From NCBI GenBank assembly GCA_963826115.1, contig CAWGVS010000005.1:1408001-1472000 (forward strand): a stretch of 64,000 nucleotides of DNA, in the 5' to 3' direction. Source of the stretch: an uncultured Candidatus Rokubacteria bacterium (GTDB taxonomy: Bacteria; Methylomirabilota; Methylomirabilia; Rokubacteriales; DASRDR01). Position 1 is the first letter of the stretch, and each line of letters opens with the position of its first letter. Both the position numbers and the translations under genes were made by a program. The notes below the pieces were generated by a model. That model saw only the letters and a list, made by a program, of their open reading frames with translations, was not told where the DNA came from and did not search any database. Below, piece after piece: positions 47,102-56,812 of this stretch.

Positions 47102-48070
47102 ATGAGCGCTCGGCACGACGTCGTGATCGTCATCCCCGGGGACGACCCGCCGCAGATCCAGGGCTCCCCTCACCTCGACCGCCTGCGCCGCTACGGCGAG
47201 GTGCGGCTCCACACCGACCGGCCGGCGACAGCCGAAGAGAAGCTCGAGCGGGTCCGCGACGCGGTGTGCCTCGTCAACACCCGAGGCGCGATCAAGTGGC
47301 CGCGCGAGGCGCTGCTGGCCCTGCCTCGCCTCCGCATGGCAACGGTGTGCGGCATCGGGACGGACTCGTTCGACCTCGCCACGGCGCGCGAGCGCGGCAT
47401 CGTGATCTGCAACATCCCCGGGAAGACGGCGCCCATCGTGGCCGAGCACGCGTTCGGACTCATGCTGGCCGTGGCCAAGCGGGCTCACTACCAGACGGCC
47501 CGGCTCAAGGCCGGCCGGTGGGGGGGCATCGACAACGTCTACCTCCACGGCAAGACGCTCGGCGTGGTGGGAACCGGCGCGATCGGCAGCGCGATGGCGC
47601 GGCTCGGCCGCGCCATCGGCATGCACGTCGTCGCGTGGACCTTCCGCCCGACGGCCGACCGCGCGTCGGAGCTCGGCGTCCGCTACGTGGAACTCGACGA
47701 GCTGCTCCGGACGTCAGACGTGGTCTCGCTCCACGTCCGCCTGACCCCGGAGAGCCGCGGCCTCCTGGGCGCCCGCGAGCTCGGTCTCATGAAGCCCGGC
47801 GCCCTCTTGGTGAACACGGCGCGCGGGCCGGTCGTGGACACCGACGCGCTCGCGGCCGCGCTCCAGGACGGCCGCCTGGGGGGCGCCGGGCTCGACGTGT
47901 TCGACACCGAGCCCCTGCCGGCCGGTCATCCCATCCTCGGCTGCGAGCAGGTCGTCCTGACGCCCCACAACGCCGACCAGACGCCCGAGGGGATGGATCT
48001 CCTGAACGCCGGCGTCGTCGACAACGTGATCGCGTTCCTCGAGGGCCGGCCGCAGAACGTCGTCGGGTAG
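47102..48070 (+). CDS. D-isomer-specific 2-hydroxyacid dehydrogenase
   Basis: VAEH, GKTLGVVGTGAIG, DVVSLH, NTARG, LDVFDTEP, TPHNA. Confidence 0.92.
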   Translation: MSARHDVVIVIPGDDPPQIQGSPHLDRLRRYGEVRLHTDRPATAEEKLERVRDAVCLVNTRGAIKWPREALLALPRLRMATVCGIGTDSFDLATARERGIVICNIPGKTAPIVAEHAFGLMLAVAKRAHYQTARLKAGRWGGIDNVYLHGKTLGVVGTGAIGSAMARLGRAIGMHVVAWTFRPTADRASELGVRYVELDELLRTSDVVSLHVRLTPESRGLLGARELGLMKPGALLVNTARGPVVDTDALAAALQDGRLGGAGLDVFDTEPLPAGHPILGCEQVVLTPHNADQTPEGMDLLNAGVVDNVIAFLEGRPQNVVG

Positions 48071-48135
48071 CCGCCCCGATCCGGGGCAGACGGGTCACGC
48101 CCGGAAGCGCGGGAGTCCCGGGTGGACGCTCGGGT

Positions 48136-49581
48136 TCAGCGCGCGACGAGACGGAGCGACCCGCCGAAGTCCGAGCGCACCACGAGCCCGTCGGGCACGA
48201 GATAGACGCCCCGGATCTCCAGCCGGTCCACGGCGCCGCTAAGGTCGACACCGGCAACGAGCTCCCGGTTCAGCGCGGTCGTGAGCTGCGTCCGGAGCGT
48301 CTCCAGTCGATCGCCGAATCCCAGGCGCGCGCGGGACTCCAGCATCGTGACGAGCCGTCGGTGGAGAAAGCGGCCGGTGGCGCGGACGAGGGCGCTGTCG
48401 GACTCGAGCGTGAAGCCGAGCTCGTCGAGCCGGACGGTCCGGGTGTCCGGATCCACGGCCGGCGTGCCCGCCAAGTACGCGATCCCCCTCACCGGCCCCG
48501 CGAGCCCGACCGCAAGGATCAGCCGCGCGCCGCTCCCGTAGGCCTGGAGCGACGTGATCGACAGGGGCTGGGACATGCCCACGTCCAGCGACGTGCCCAC
48601 CACCGTCTCGGCGAAGCGCTCGTTGATGACGGTGTACGGCACGAAGAGGGGCAGCTCGACGTGGAAGTCACGCGCCGGCGCCGCGACGAGCGCGAGGTCC
48701 GGCAGCGGGCGCGCCTCGGCGGCGGGCGGGCTACCCAGCCGGGCGACGGGGTCGGCGGTGAGCTGGAGCACGGTCCGGAGGACGTCGGGCCCGGCCGCCC
48801 CGATCGGTCCGGCGTGGGCGGTCCGCGGTCGGAGCGCCACCCACGCGCCGGGTGAGACCTCGCGGGGCGCACCGAGCTCCCGCCACACCTGCTCGACGCG
48901 GTCCCGCGCCGTCGCGAGCTCCGCGAGCCTCCGGTCGAGCGTGCCGGCCAGCGCCTCGAGACCGGGCGCGAGCAGCATCTGGAGCACCGGCGTGATCTCC
49001 AAGCCGCCCGGAAGCGCCCGGCACGCGTCGAGGAACTCGGGCGTTCCGAAGGTCGTGGCCGAGCGGAGTCCCCAGCCCGTGGTCCAGCTGAGCCCCGACA
49101 ACGCGGAGATCCGGAGCCGCCGCGGCGGCTCCCTGTCGTACCCACACTGCGCCTCGAGCGGCACGGGGCCGGCGGCGATCCGAGCCCGGACGCGATAGCG
49201 CAGGTCAAGCCGCGTGGCGAGCCGGTCCCCGCGCATCTCGAAGCTGACCGCGTCCCGCCAGAGCCGGTACTGGAGCTGGAGGCCCATCGACCCGAGCGCG
49301 GCGGGCGCGTCCACCCACGCGTCCTCGCGTCCGGCCTCCGCCGGGAAGGCGCCCTCCGCCACCTCGCGCAGGCGCCCGAGGGGCACGTCCACGGCAAGGC
49401 TCAGGAGGGACGGCGCCGACGCCGGCGGCGGTGGTGGCGGGTCCAGCGCATCGGTGGGACGAGGGATGGACAGGGCCGGCGCGCATCCGACCAGGAGACA
49501 GGCCGCCACGCCGAGCGCCAGGCGACCGAGGCTCGCAACGCACCGCGGGGCGCCCGGGGTCGACGGGCTCCCGCGCCTCAT
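48136..49581 (-). CDS. DUF4403-like lipoprotein
   Basis: Lipobox LLVGC, Pro-rich tether, elongated beta-rich repeats; start uncertain (49581 or 49614). Confidence 0.65.
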   Translation of the reverse strand: MRRGSPSTPGAPRCVASLGRLALGVAACLLVGCAPALSIPRPTDALDPPPPPPASAPSLLSLAVDVPLGRLREVAEGAFPAEAGREDAWVDAPAALGSMGLQLQYRLWRDAVSFEMRGDRLATRLDLRYRVRARIAAGPVPLEAQCGYDREPPRRLRISALSGLSWTTGWGLRSATTFGTPEFLDACRALPGGLEITPVLQMLLAPGLEALAGTLDRRLAELATARDRVEQVWRELGAPREVSPGAWVALRPRTAHAGPIGAAGPDVLRTVLQLTADPVARLGSPPAAEARPLPDLALVAAPARDFHVELPLFVPYTVINERFAETVVGTSLDVGMSQPLSITSLQAYGSGARLILAVGLAGPVRGIAYLAGTPAVDPDTRTVRLDELGFTLESDSALVRATGRFLHRRLVTMLESRARLGFGDRLETLRTQLTTALNRELVAGVDLSGAVDRLEIRGVYLVPDGLVVRSDFGGSLRLVAR

Positions 49582-49702
49582 CGATCCGGTCCCATGGCGC
49601 CGCGATGGTCTCACGCGCCCGGACGCCCGTCCAGTCGAGCGCGACCATTCGAGCCCCCGTGGCGCTTGCGAGCTCGGCCACCGCCGGACTCCGACGGCGG
49701 CG

Positions 49703-52408
49703 TTACCGCCGGCTGTCCGCCTGCAGGCGCCGCAGCGCGTCCTCCAGCTTTTTCAGATCCTCCGCAAAGCCGGCGAAGTCTCCCCGGCCGAATCGCTCGC
49801 GCGCACGCGCGAAGTGCTCGAGGGCCTCGGCGGCGAGCCGTGTCGGGGGGCCGCCGGCTGCCGGCGCACCCGCGGCGGCGGTCGGGCCACCCGCGACCGG
49901 CGGCCGAACGCCGAAAAGCTGCTGGAGCGAGGCCTCCAGCGTCTCGTCCATGGCGATCCGGTTTCCGTAGGCCACGATCACGCGCTTGAGCTCGGGCAGC
50001 CGTCCGCGCTCCGCCGCGAGGTAGAGAGGCTGGACGTAGAGAAGCGACTCCTCGATGGGAATCGCGAGGAGACCGCCCCTGAGGACCTGGGAACCGGCCT
50101 GGCTCCACAGCGAGATCTGCTGGGAGATGAAGGCGTCCTGGTCGATGCGCGCCTCGACTTGTCTCGGGCCGAACACGAGCTTGCCCTTCGGAAACTCGAA
50201 GAGCACCAGCTTGCCGTAGTGGGGCGGATCCGACCTCGCCGCCAGCCACGCGATCATGTTGTCCCGACGCACCGGTGTGAACGGCAGAAGGAGGACGAAC
50301 TCCTCGCGCTGCTCGGCCGGAAGCCGCATGATCGTGTAGTACGGCTCCATCTCCGTGTCGCGCCCCTCCGCCTTCCGGGTCGGCACGGTCCAGAGGTCCT
50401 CCTTGTTGTAGAAGACCTGCGGGTCGAGCATGTGGTACTGCGCGTACATCCGCGCCTGGATGCCGAAGAGATCCTGCGGATACCGGATGTGGGCGCGCAG
50501 ATCCTCGGGCATGGCCGAGAACGGCTGGAACAGGCCCGGGAACGCGCGCGTGTAGGCGGCGATCAACGGCTCCTCGGGCTCGATCACGTAGAAGGCCACC
50601 GCGCCATCGTAGGCGTCGACGGTCACCTTTACCGAGTTGCGGATGTAGTTGCCGACACCGGGCGTCCGGTGGGAATAGGGGAAGTAGTCGGTCGTCGTGT
50701 AGGCGTCCACGAGCCACACGATCCGTCCGGCGGGGGTGATGACCGGGTAGGGGTCGCGATCCACGCGGAGGAACGGCACGATCTTCTTCACCCGCTCGGC
50801 CACCTGCCGGTGGTACAGGATCCGACTCTCCGGGGTGAAGTCGTCTGACAACAGGAGCTTGATCTCGGCGAACCGGATCGCAAAGACGACGCGGCGCCAG
50901 AGCGAGCCGATGCTCACCCCGCCGGTGCCCGCGTAGGTCGTGTAGACGTTCTGGTCGCCCTGCGGGTAGTTCAGCTCGGGCGCGCGCATCTTGACCAGCA
51001 CGTAGGCGTTCGCGAGCTCCCCGTAGTAGACCTCCGGCCGGCTGATCTTGAGCGGACCGCTGGCGGCCGGCGGGATGTCCTTCAGGAAGAACTCGGGCAG
51101 CCCCTCCCGAGTCACGCGGTTGACCGGCCCCACCACCGCGCCGTAGCCGTGCGTGTACACGAGGTGCTCGTTGATCCAGATGCGGCTCGGCAGGTGCGCG
51201 TGCGACAGCTCGCGCACGGACAGCATCACCTGCCGGGACTCCCCGTCGATCGGGTAGCGGTCGTTGTCCACGTCGACGAACTTGTAGTAGGTGCGGATCT
51301 CCTGGAGCTGGCCGTAGGAGTCGAGCGCCGGCCGGTGCTCCCACAGGCGGATGTTCTTGATGGTCGTGTCGTTCTTGCGGAGGACGGCGGCGGTGAGGTT
51401 CTCCTCGGCCGGGAACGGCCGGGACTCGATGCGATCGAGCCCGTAGGCGCGGTTGGTGGCGGCGATCGTCCGCTCGATGTACGGGCGCTCGGTCACGATC
51501 TCGTTGGGCGCGACGCGGAACCGCTGGACCGCGGCGGGATAGGCGGTCAGGCCGAGCAGGCCGCCGCCCATCCAGAGGGCGAGCCCGACGACGGCCAGGA
51601 CCAGGCCGGGCCGCGCCATCTGGATCAGGCAGAGCACGGCCGCGAGACCCGCCAGGCCGCTCATCACGTACAGCACCGGCAGCCGCGCGTTGACGTCCGC
51701 GTAGCTCGCCCCGAACGACGCTCCGCCGTCGGAGAACAGCAGGCCAAACGCCTCCAGCGAGTACCCCCACGCCTTGAGGACAAGGAAGGCCGCGGCGACG
51801 CTCAGGAGGTGGCCCTTCGCCCACGGCGTGATCACGAACCCGCGCGGCGTGAGCCGGGCCCCGCGGGAAAACACGTAGACGCCGGCGACCAGCGCGAGCG
51901 TCACCGAGACGACCGCGGTTAGGAAGCCGAGGACGCCGAGCAGGAGCGGATACGTGAAGACGTAGAACCCGACGTCGCGGCCGAAGAGGGGGTCGGTCAT
52001 CCCGAAGACCCCGGCGTTCCGGAACCGGATCATCGTCTCCGAGAGGGCCGTCCCCTGCCCGCTCAGCATGAGGGCGATCAAGAGGCAGCCGGGCAGGAGG
52101 AAGCGCCGGTAGAAGGGCTCCACCTGGCCCCACCCCGGAAGCCGCTGGACGTCGTCCTCGACCGCGAGCTCGACCTGCGGCCCGTGCCCGCGACGCGTCG
52201 CCCGGAGGTTCAGGTACAGCATCAGGAACGCCGCGAGGCCGGCGGCCGCGCCGAGGATCGCCTTCGTCCAGATGATGGTCGAGAAGACGCTCGAGAAGCG
52301 CACCTCGTCGAACCAGAGCCAGTCGGTGTAGAGCTCAACGACCTGTCGGCCGAACGGCAGGACGAGCAACAGGATGACCGTCGAGACGAGCACGCCTATT
52401 CTTGCCAT
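49703..52408 (-). CDS. UPF0182 family membrane protein
   Basis: YTDWLWF, FGMTDPLFGRDVGFYVF, GASYADV, NIRLW, QLQEIRTYY, WINEHLVYTHGYG, NYIRNSVK, FYNKED, YVQPLYL, PELKRVI. Confidence 0.93.
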   Translation of the reverse strand: MARIGVLVSTVILLLVLPFGRQVVELYTDWLWFDEVRFSSVFSTIIWTKAILGAAAGLAAFLMLYLNLRATRRGHGPQVELAVEDDVQRLPGWGQVEPFYRRFLLPGCLLIALMLSGQGTALSETMIRFRNAGVFGMTDPLFGRDVGFYVFTYPLLLGVLGFLTAVVSVTLALVAGVYVFSRGARLTPRGFVITPWAKGHLLSVAAAFLVLKAWGYSLEAFGLLFSDGGASFGASYADVNARLPVLYVMSGLAGLAAVLCLIQMARPGLVLAVVGLALWMGGGLLGLTAYPAAVQRFRVAPNEIVTERPYIERTIAATNRAYGLDRIESRPFPAEENLTAAVLRKNDTTIKNIRLWEHRPALDSYGQLQEIRTYYKFVDVDNDRYPIDGESRQVMLSVRELSHAHLPSRIWINEHLVYTHGYGAVVGPVNRVTREGLPEFFLKDIPPAASGPLKISRPEVYYGELANAYVLVKMRAPELNYPQGDQNVYTTYAGTGGVSIGSLWRRVVFAIRFAEIKLLLSDDFTPESRILYHRQVAERVKKIVPFLRVDRDPYPVITPAGRIVWLVDAYTTTDYFPYSHRTPGVGNYIRNSVKVTVDAYDGAVAFYVIEPEEPLIAAYTRAFPGLFQPFSAMPEDLRAHIRYPQDLFGIQARMYAQYHMLDPQVFYNKEDLWTVPTRKAEGRDTEMEPYYTIMRLPAEQREEFVLLLPFTPVRRDNMIAWLAARSDPPHYGKLVLFEFPKGKLVFGPRQVEARIDQDAFISQQISLWSQAGSQVLRGGLLAIPIEESLLYVQPLYLAAERGRLPELKRVIVAYGNRIAMDETLEASLQQLFGVRPPVAGGPTAAAGAPAAGGPPTRLAAEALEHFARARERFGRGDFAGFAEDLKKLEDALRRLQADSRR

Positions 52409-52516
52409 GATCTCCGTTCGTCCTCTCGGCTGCGAGTGAAGCGAGTCACCCCGAGCGCCGGATCCCTGCGAGGCCGCGGAGGCCACCGGCGCTTTGCCGG
52501 CAGCCGGACCGATCGA

Positions 52517-52537
52517 GCCGCCGGACAGCCCGGCGGC
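52517..52537 (-). promoter_or_regulatory. GC-rich hairpin between the uORF and UPF0182
   Basis: GCCGCCGG-gctgt-CCGGCGGC, 8-bp perfect stem about 10 nt after the uORF stop; no U-tract. Confidence 0.45.
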
Positions 52538-52546
52538 GGAGGGGCG

Positions 52547-52894
52547 CTAGGAGGCGGGGGGACTCCGGGAAAGGGTCCCGGGGATCGGGGGCGAGGCGAG
52601 CCCGTCCCACACGTCCACGATCGAGCAGCCGGCAGGGTCGGGCGCCAGCGCGGTCGGCGTGGGAGCCGGGGCGAGTGCCGGCGCGGACGGCGACGGCCGA
52701 TCGTCGGCCACCCCGTCGGTCTGGGCCTGCCGGCAGCGGGCGAGAACCATCGCTGGCGTGCGGTCGACGGAACCGCCCCGTGCCGGGCGTGGAATGGCGG
52801 CGGCGAACGGCAGGAGGTGGATCAGGAGACCCAGGATCGCTCCCGCGCGGGCCAGGCTCGATGCGTAGCCGCGGCGCAGGGGCACCAGTTTCAT
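52547..52894 (-). CDS. Putative leader/arrest peptide (signal peptide ... RSPP) upstream of UPF0182
   Basis: Basic N-terminus, hydrophobic AGAILGLLIHLLPFAAA, Pro/Ala linker, ends LSRSPPAS*; promoter directly upstream. Confidence 0.55.
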   Translation of the reverse strand: MKLVPLRRGYASSLARAGAILGLLIHLLPFAAAIPRPARGGSVDRTPAMVLARCRQAQTDGVADDRPSPSAPALAPAPTPTALAPDPAGCSIVDVWDGLASPPIPGTLSRSPPAS

Positions 52895-52900
52895 AGCCCG

Positions 52901-52929
52901 AGGGTAGCAATCTCGGCCGAGGTTGACAA
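52901..52929 (-). promoter_or_regulatory. Putative sigma70 promoter giving a leaderless uORF transcript
   Basis: TTGTCA-N17-TACCCT with extended TG; ATG 6 nt after the -10. Confidence 0.55.
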
Positions 52930-53024
52930 CGCGCGCGTGATACCTTCGAGGCGGCGCGCCCCTTCCCGTTCCGTCCCAGCCCGTCCACCTCCGGGGCGCC
53001 GAAGGGATCGCAATGGGCGAACAC

Positions 53025-53208
53025 GAGCTGCGTCAAGCGCGCCGCCCAGTTCATCCGGATGAACGACATCGTGGTGCAGGCGAACGTGGTGATCCCGCTC
53101 GTCCACCGCAACTGGGTCGCCGCGGGCTCCAGCCAGATCCGTGGGGTCGAGCTGAGCGGCTGGGACTCGACGTTCTGGCGGCTTCCCTACTGGCATCGTG
53201 AGGCGTAA
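53025..53208 (+). pseudogene. Remnant: C-terminal ~60 codons of a family 5 (peptide) ABC substrate-binding protein
   Basis: 53032-53208 reads VKRAAQFIRMNDIVVQANVVIPLVHRNWVAAGSSQIRGVELSGWDSTFWRLPYWHREA*; preceded out of frame by E-L (the usual ELDPxKR is disrupted); no N-terminal part. Confidence 0.7.
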
Positions 53209-53396
53209 GGACAGGCACGCGTGGCTGGATCAACCGCCGCGGTTGGACGCGCGCCACACCGATCGGCGCCGCGGAGGGCCGAAGGGCTCGAGCGCCTTCG
53301 AGGAACTCCATGCTGTTGCCCTCAGCCGCGAGGGGACGGCATGATTCCCGTCGGCCGCGACGCGTGACCCTCTAGCTCATGATGGAGGAGACACTC

Positions 53397-54957
53397 ATGC
53401 GCAGGCACTGGACGCGCCGCTTCCTCTCTCCACTCGGGCCCGTCGCCCTCGCCGCGCTGATGATCGCGGTCGGGCCGGCGCCGGCCGGCGCCGCCGGCAC
53501 CTTCCGCGTCGCCGTGGGCGTCGACCTCGACACGGTGGACCCGGCCCAGATGACGACGACGACCGTCGCGAACATGGTCGACTACGTGGCCGAGACGCTC
53601 ACGTTGCTCGGCCCCGACGGCAAGGTGGGGCCCTGGCTCGCGGAGAGCTGGACGGTCTCGCCGGACGGCCTCGTCTACACCCTGAAGCTCCGGAAGGGTG
53701 TCACCTTCCACGACGGGACGCCGTTCGACGCGAAGGCCGTCAAGTGGAACTTCGACCGGCTGAAGGACACGGCGGTCCGCGTACCGATCCGGGCGCCGTT
53801 CCCGATCAAGGACACCGAGGTCGTGGACGCGTCCACGGTGAAGGTGACGCTGACCAAGCCCTCGGCGCCGTTCGTCGCGGCGCTGTCGTGGACCACCTCG
53901 GCCCTCGTCTCGCCGGCCTCGATCGACAAGCAGGGCAACGAGTACAAGAACATCGTCCACACCGTCGGCACCGGCCCCTACGTCTTCAAGGAGCGGAAGA
54001 AGGGTGAGAGCTTCACGGTCACCCTGAACGACAAGTACTGGGGCAAGAAGCCGACCTACGACACCGTCGTCTTCCGGATCGTCCCCGAGGCGGCGACGCG
54101 TGAGAGCCTGATCCTGGCCGGCCAGGTGGACCTCATCGTCCTGCCGCCCATCGCGGACGTCCCGGCGCTTCAGACGCAACTCGGCCGTCAAGGTGCTGCT
54201 GGCGCCGAGCGACCGGACGATCTTCATCTCGCTGAACACCACCAAGAGCCCCCTCGGGGACGTCAAGGTCCGCCAGGCCCTGAACTACGCGGTCGACAAG
54301 AAGGCGATCATCGAGAACGTCCTCTTCGGAGCCGCCGACGAGATGGACGCGCCGATGGCGCCGAGCCTGTTCGGCTACTGCAAGGCCGGCAACTACGACT
54401 ACAACCCCGCCAAGGCCAAGCAGCTCCTGGCCGAGGCCGGCGTGAAGCCGGGCACGAAGCTCAGCTTCCATCACCCCACCGGGCGCTACGTCCAGGACAA
54501 GGAAGCCTCCCAGGCCGTCGCCGGCTACCTCCGCGAGGTCGGTATCGAGCCGGAGCTCCAGACGATGGACTGGCCCTCGTACGTCTCGATCATCAACGCC
54601 GGGCCGGCCGAGAAGACCGTCCACCAGCTCGCGTATCTCGGATGGGCGCCGGCGTTCCTCGACAGCGCCATGCAGGCGTTCCAGTTCTGGTCGGGCTATC
54701 ACCCGCCGGCGGGGCTCGCCACGAGCTTCTACAAGAACCCCTCGGTGGACGAGCTGATCCTCGCCGCCGAGAAGGAGACGAACGCGGACAAGCGGAAGGC
54801 CCTCTACTGCGACATGTCGAAGCAGGTCTGGGCGGACGCGCCCTGGCTCTTCCTCTACGTGCAGCGGTTCCCCATCGTCTACTCGGCGAAGGTGGCCGAT
54901 GTCGGCTCCCTGCCGAACGAGAAGTTCGCCGCGATCCACGCTCGCCCGGCCAACTGA
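53397..54957 (+). pseudogene. Peptide/glutathione ABC substrate-binding protein (GsiB/DppA-like) with a +1 frameshift at about 54174
   Basis: 5' half LAESW, LRKGVTFHDGTPF, GTGPY; 3' half DVKVRQALNYAVDK, YNPAKAKQLL. Removing A54174 (CAG-a-CGC-AAC-TCG) joins them into 519 aa. Could be an assembly error. Confidence 0.85.
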
Positions 54958-54987
54958 CGGAAGGCCTCCGAGGGCGCGGCCGGGGCC

Positions 54988-55917
54988 GTGAGCCTCTTCC
55001 GCCAGTACCTGGCGCAGCGGCTCCTGGCCTCGGCCGTCACCCTCCTGGGGGTCTCGGTCATCGTCTTCCTGATGGTCCGGCTCCTCCCCGGGGACCCGGC
55101 CCAGGTGCTCGCGGGCCTCCTGGCGAGCGAGGAGGAGGTGGCGCGGCTCCGCACCGACCTCGGTCTCGACCGGCCCCTCCACGTCCAGTACGCCGTCTTT
55201 CTCGAGCGCCTCGTCCACGGGAACCTCGGCCGCTCGGCCCGGACGTCCCAGCCGGTCCTGGAAGAGCTCAAGCCCCGGCTCCGCGCGACCCTCAAGCTGG
55301 CGGTCGTGAGCGCCGTCCTCGCGACGGCCGCCGGGATGACCGCGGGCGCGCTCGCCGCCACGCGGCCCTACTCTCGCTTCGACTACCTGCTCTCGCTGGC
55401 AACCTTGTTCGGCGTCTCGATGCCCACGTACTGGCTGGGTCTCATGCTGATCATCGTCTTCGCGGTCCATCTGAACTGGCTGCCCGCGGCCGGCTCCGAA
55501 GGACTCGAGAGCATGATCCTCCCGTCGCTGACCCTGGCCGCCTTCTCGGTCGCGCTGATCGCGCGGATGACCCGCGCCAGCATGCTCGAGGTCCTGGGCC
55601 AGGAGTACGTCCGCACCGCCCGCGCCAAGGGCCTGGGCGAGAGCCTGGTCGTGTCGCGTCACGCGCTCCGGAACGCCCTCGTCCCCGTCCTCACGGTCGT
55701 CGGGCTCCAGTTCGGCGCGCTGCTCGGCGGAGCGGTGCTGACCGAGTCGGTCTTCGGCTGGCCGGGGATGGGGCTCCTCCTGATCGACTCGATCTTCTCC
55801 CGCGACTACGCGATGGTGCAGGGCATCGTCCTCGTGTTCTCCGCCCTGTTCATCCTGACGAACCTCGTGGTCGACCTCCTGTATGTCGCCATCGACCCTC
55901 GAATCCGCTACGCCTGA
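54988..55917 (+). CDS. Peptide ABC transporter permease (DppB/GsiC-like)
   Basis: LPGDPA, LGLDRPLHVQY, YVRTARAKGL, HALRNAL, TESVFGWPGMG, IDPRIRY. Confidence 0.93.
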   Translation: MSLFRQYLAQRLLASAVTLLGVSVIVFLMVRLLPGDPAQVLAGLLASEEEVARLRTDLGLDRPLHVQYAVFLERLVHGNLGRSARTSQPVLEELKPRLRATLKLAVVSAVLATAAGMTAGALAATRPYSRFDYLLSLATLFGVSMPTYWLGLMLIIVFAVHLNWLPAAGSEGLESMILPSLTLAAFSVALIARMTRASMLEVLGQEYVRTARAKGLGESLVVSRHALRNALVPVLTVVGLQFGALLGGAVLTESVFGWPGMGLLLIDSIFSRDYAMVQGIVLVFSALFILTNLVVDLLYVAIDPRIRYA

Positions 55918-56800
55918 GGGCGCGCTCGTCGACGCGGCGCCCGCGGGTCGTCCCGCGCTCCGCCGGCTCCGGGAGAGCTGGCAGCGCTTCCGCCGCCATC
56001 GCACCGCGATGGCGGGACTGATCTTGCTGGCCGCGCTCCTGGTCCTCGCCCTCGCCGCGCCCCTCCTCACCTCCTACAACCCGGAGCGCCAGAGCCTGTC
56101 GCAGGCGCTCCGGCCCATCTCGTGGGCGCACCCGCTCGGGACGGACCACCTCGGACGCGACGTGCTGGCCCGGCTCCTCTACGGCGGCCGGCTCTCGCTC
56201 CTGATCGGCTTCCTCGCGGTCGGGCTCGGCGTGGCGATCGGCGTGCCGCTCGGCGCGGTCTCCGGCTTCCAGGGCGGGTTCACCGATCTCGTCATCCAGC
56301 GGTTCGCCGACATCCTCCTCTCGTTCCCGGGGTTTCTCCTGGCGCTCTCGCTCGTCGCCATCCTCGGGGTCGGCCTCCAGAACGTGATCATCTCGGTCGG
56401 CATCTCGGCGGTGCCCTCGTTCATCCGGCTGGTGCGAGGCTCGGTGCTGTCGATCCGCGAGCAGGTCTACGTGCAGGCCGCGGACGCCATCGGCCAGCGG
56501 CGGGCCCTCATCATCTTCCGCCACGTCCTGCCGAACGCGATGGCGCCGGTCATCGTCCAGGCAACCCTGTCGCTCGGCTTCGCGATCCTGGTGGCGGCCG
56601 GCCTCGGGTTCCTGGGGCTGGGCGTCCAGCCGCCGACCCCGGAGTGGGGCACGATGCTCGGCGAGGGGCGGCAGTACATCTTCCGCGCGCCCGGGCTCAC
56701 GACCTACCCCGGGCTCGTGATCTTCCTGGCCGTCCTGGGCTTCAACCTCTTCGGCGACGGCCTCCGGGACGCCCTCGACCCGCGGATGAGCCGGATCTAG
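55883..56800 (+). CDS. Peptide ABC transporter permease (DppC/GsiD-like)
   Basis: HPLGTDHLGRD, RHVLPN, GLGFLGLGVQPPTPEWG, GDGLRDALDP. Confidence 0.93.
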   Translation: MSPSTLESATPEGALVDAAPAGRPALRRLRESWQRFRRHRTAMAGLILLAALLVLALAAPLLTSYNPERQSLSQALRPISWAHPLGTDHLGRDVLARLLYGGRLSLLIGFLAVGLGVAIGVPLGAVSGFQGGFTDLVIQRFADILLSFPGFLLALSLVAILGVGLQNVIISVGISAVPSFIRLVRGSVLSIREQVYVQAADAIGQRRALIIFRHVLPNAMAPVIVQATLSLGFAILVAAGLGFLGLGVQPPTPEWGTMLGEGRQYIFRAPGLTTYPGLVIFLAVLGFNLFGDGLRDALDPRMSRI

Positions 56801-56812
56801 CGAGGCGCGGCG

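Noticed and set aside
48073-48087. Hairpin between convergent genes (also 31861-31876) as an intrinsic terminator
   Set aside because: Short GC stems without U-tracts; common by chance at this GC content
52923-52946. Plus-strand TTGACA ... TACCTT promoter
   Set aside because: Spacer is only 12 nt; the minus-strand reading with a 17-nt spacer fits better
53379-56021. 880-aa SBP-permease fusion
   Set aside because: Artefact of the +1 frameshift at about 54174; downstream of it the frame is motif-free
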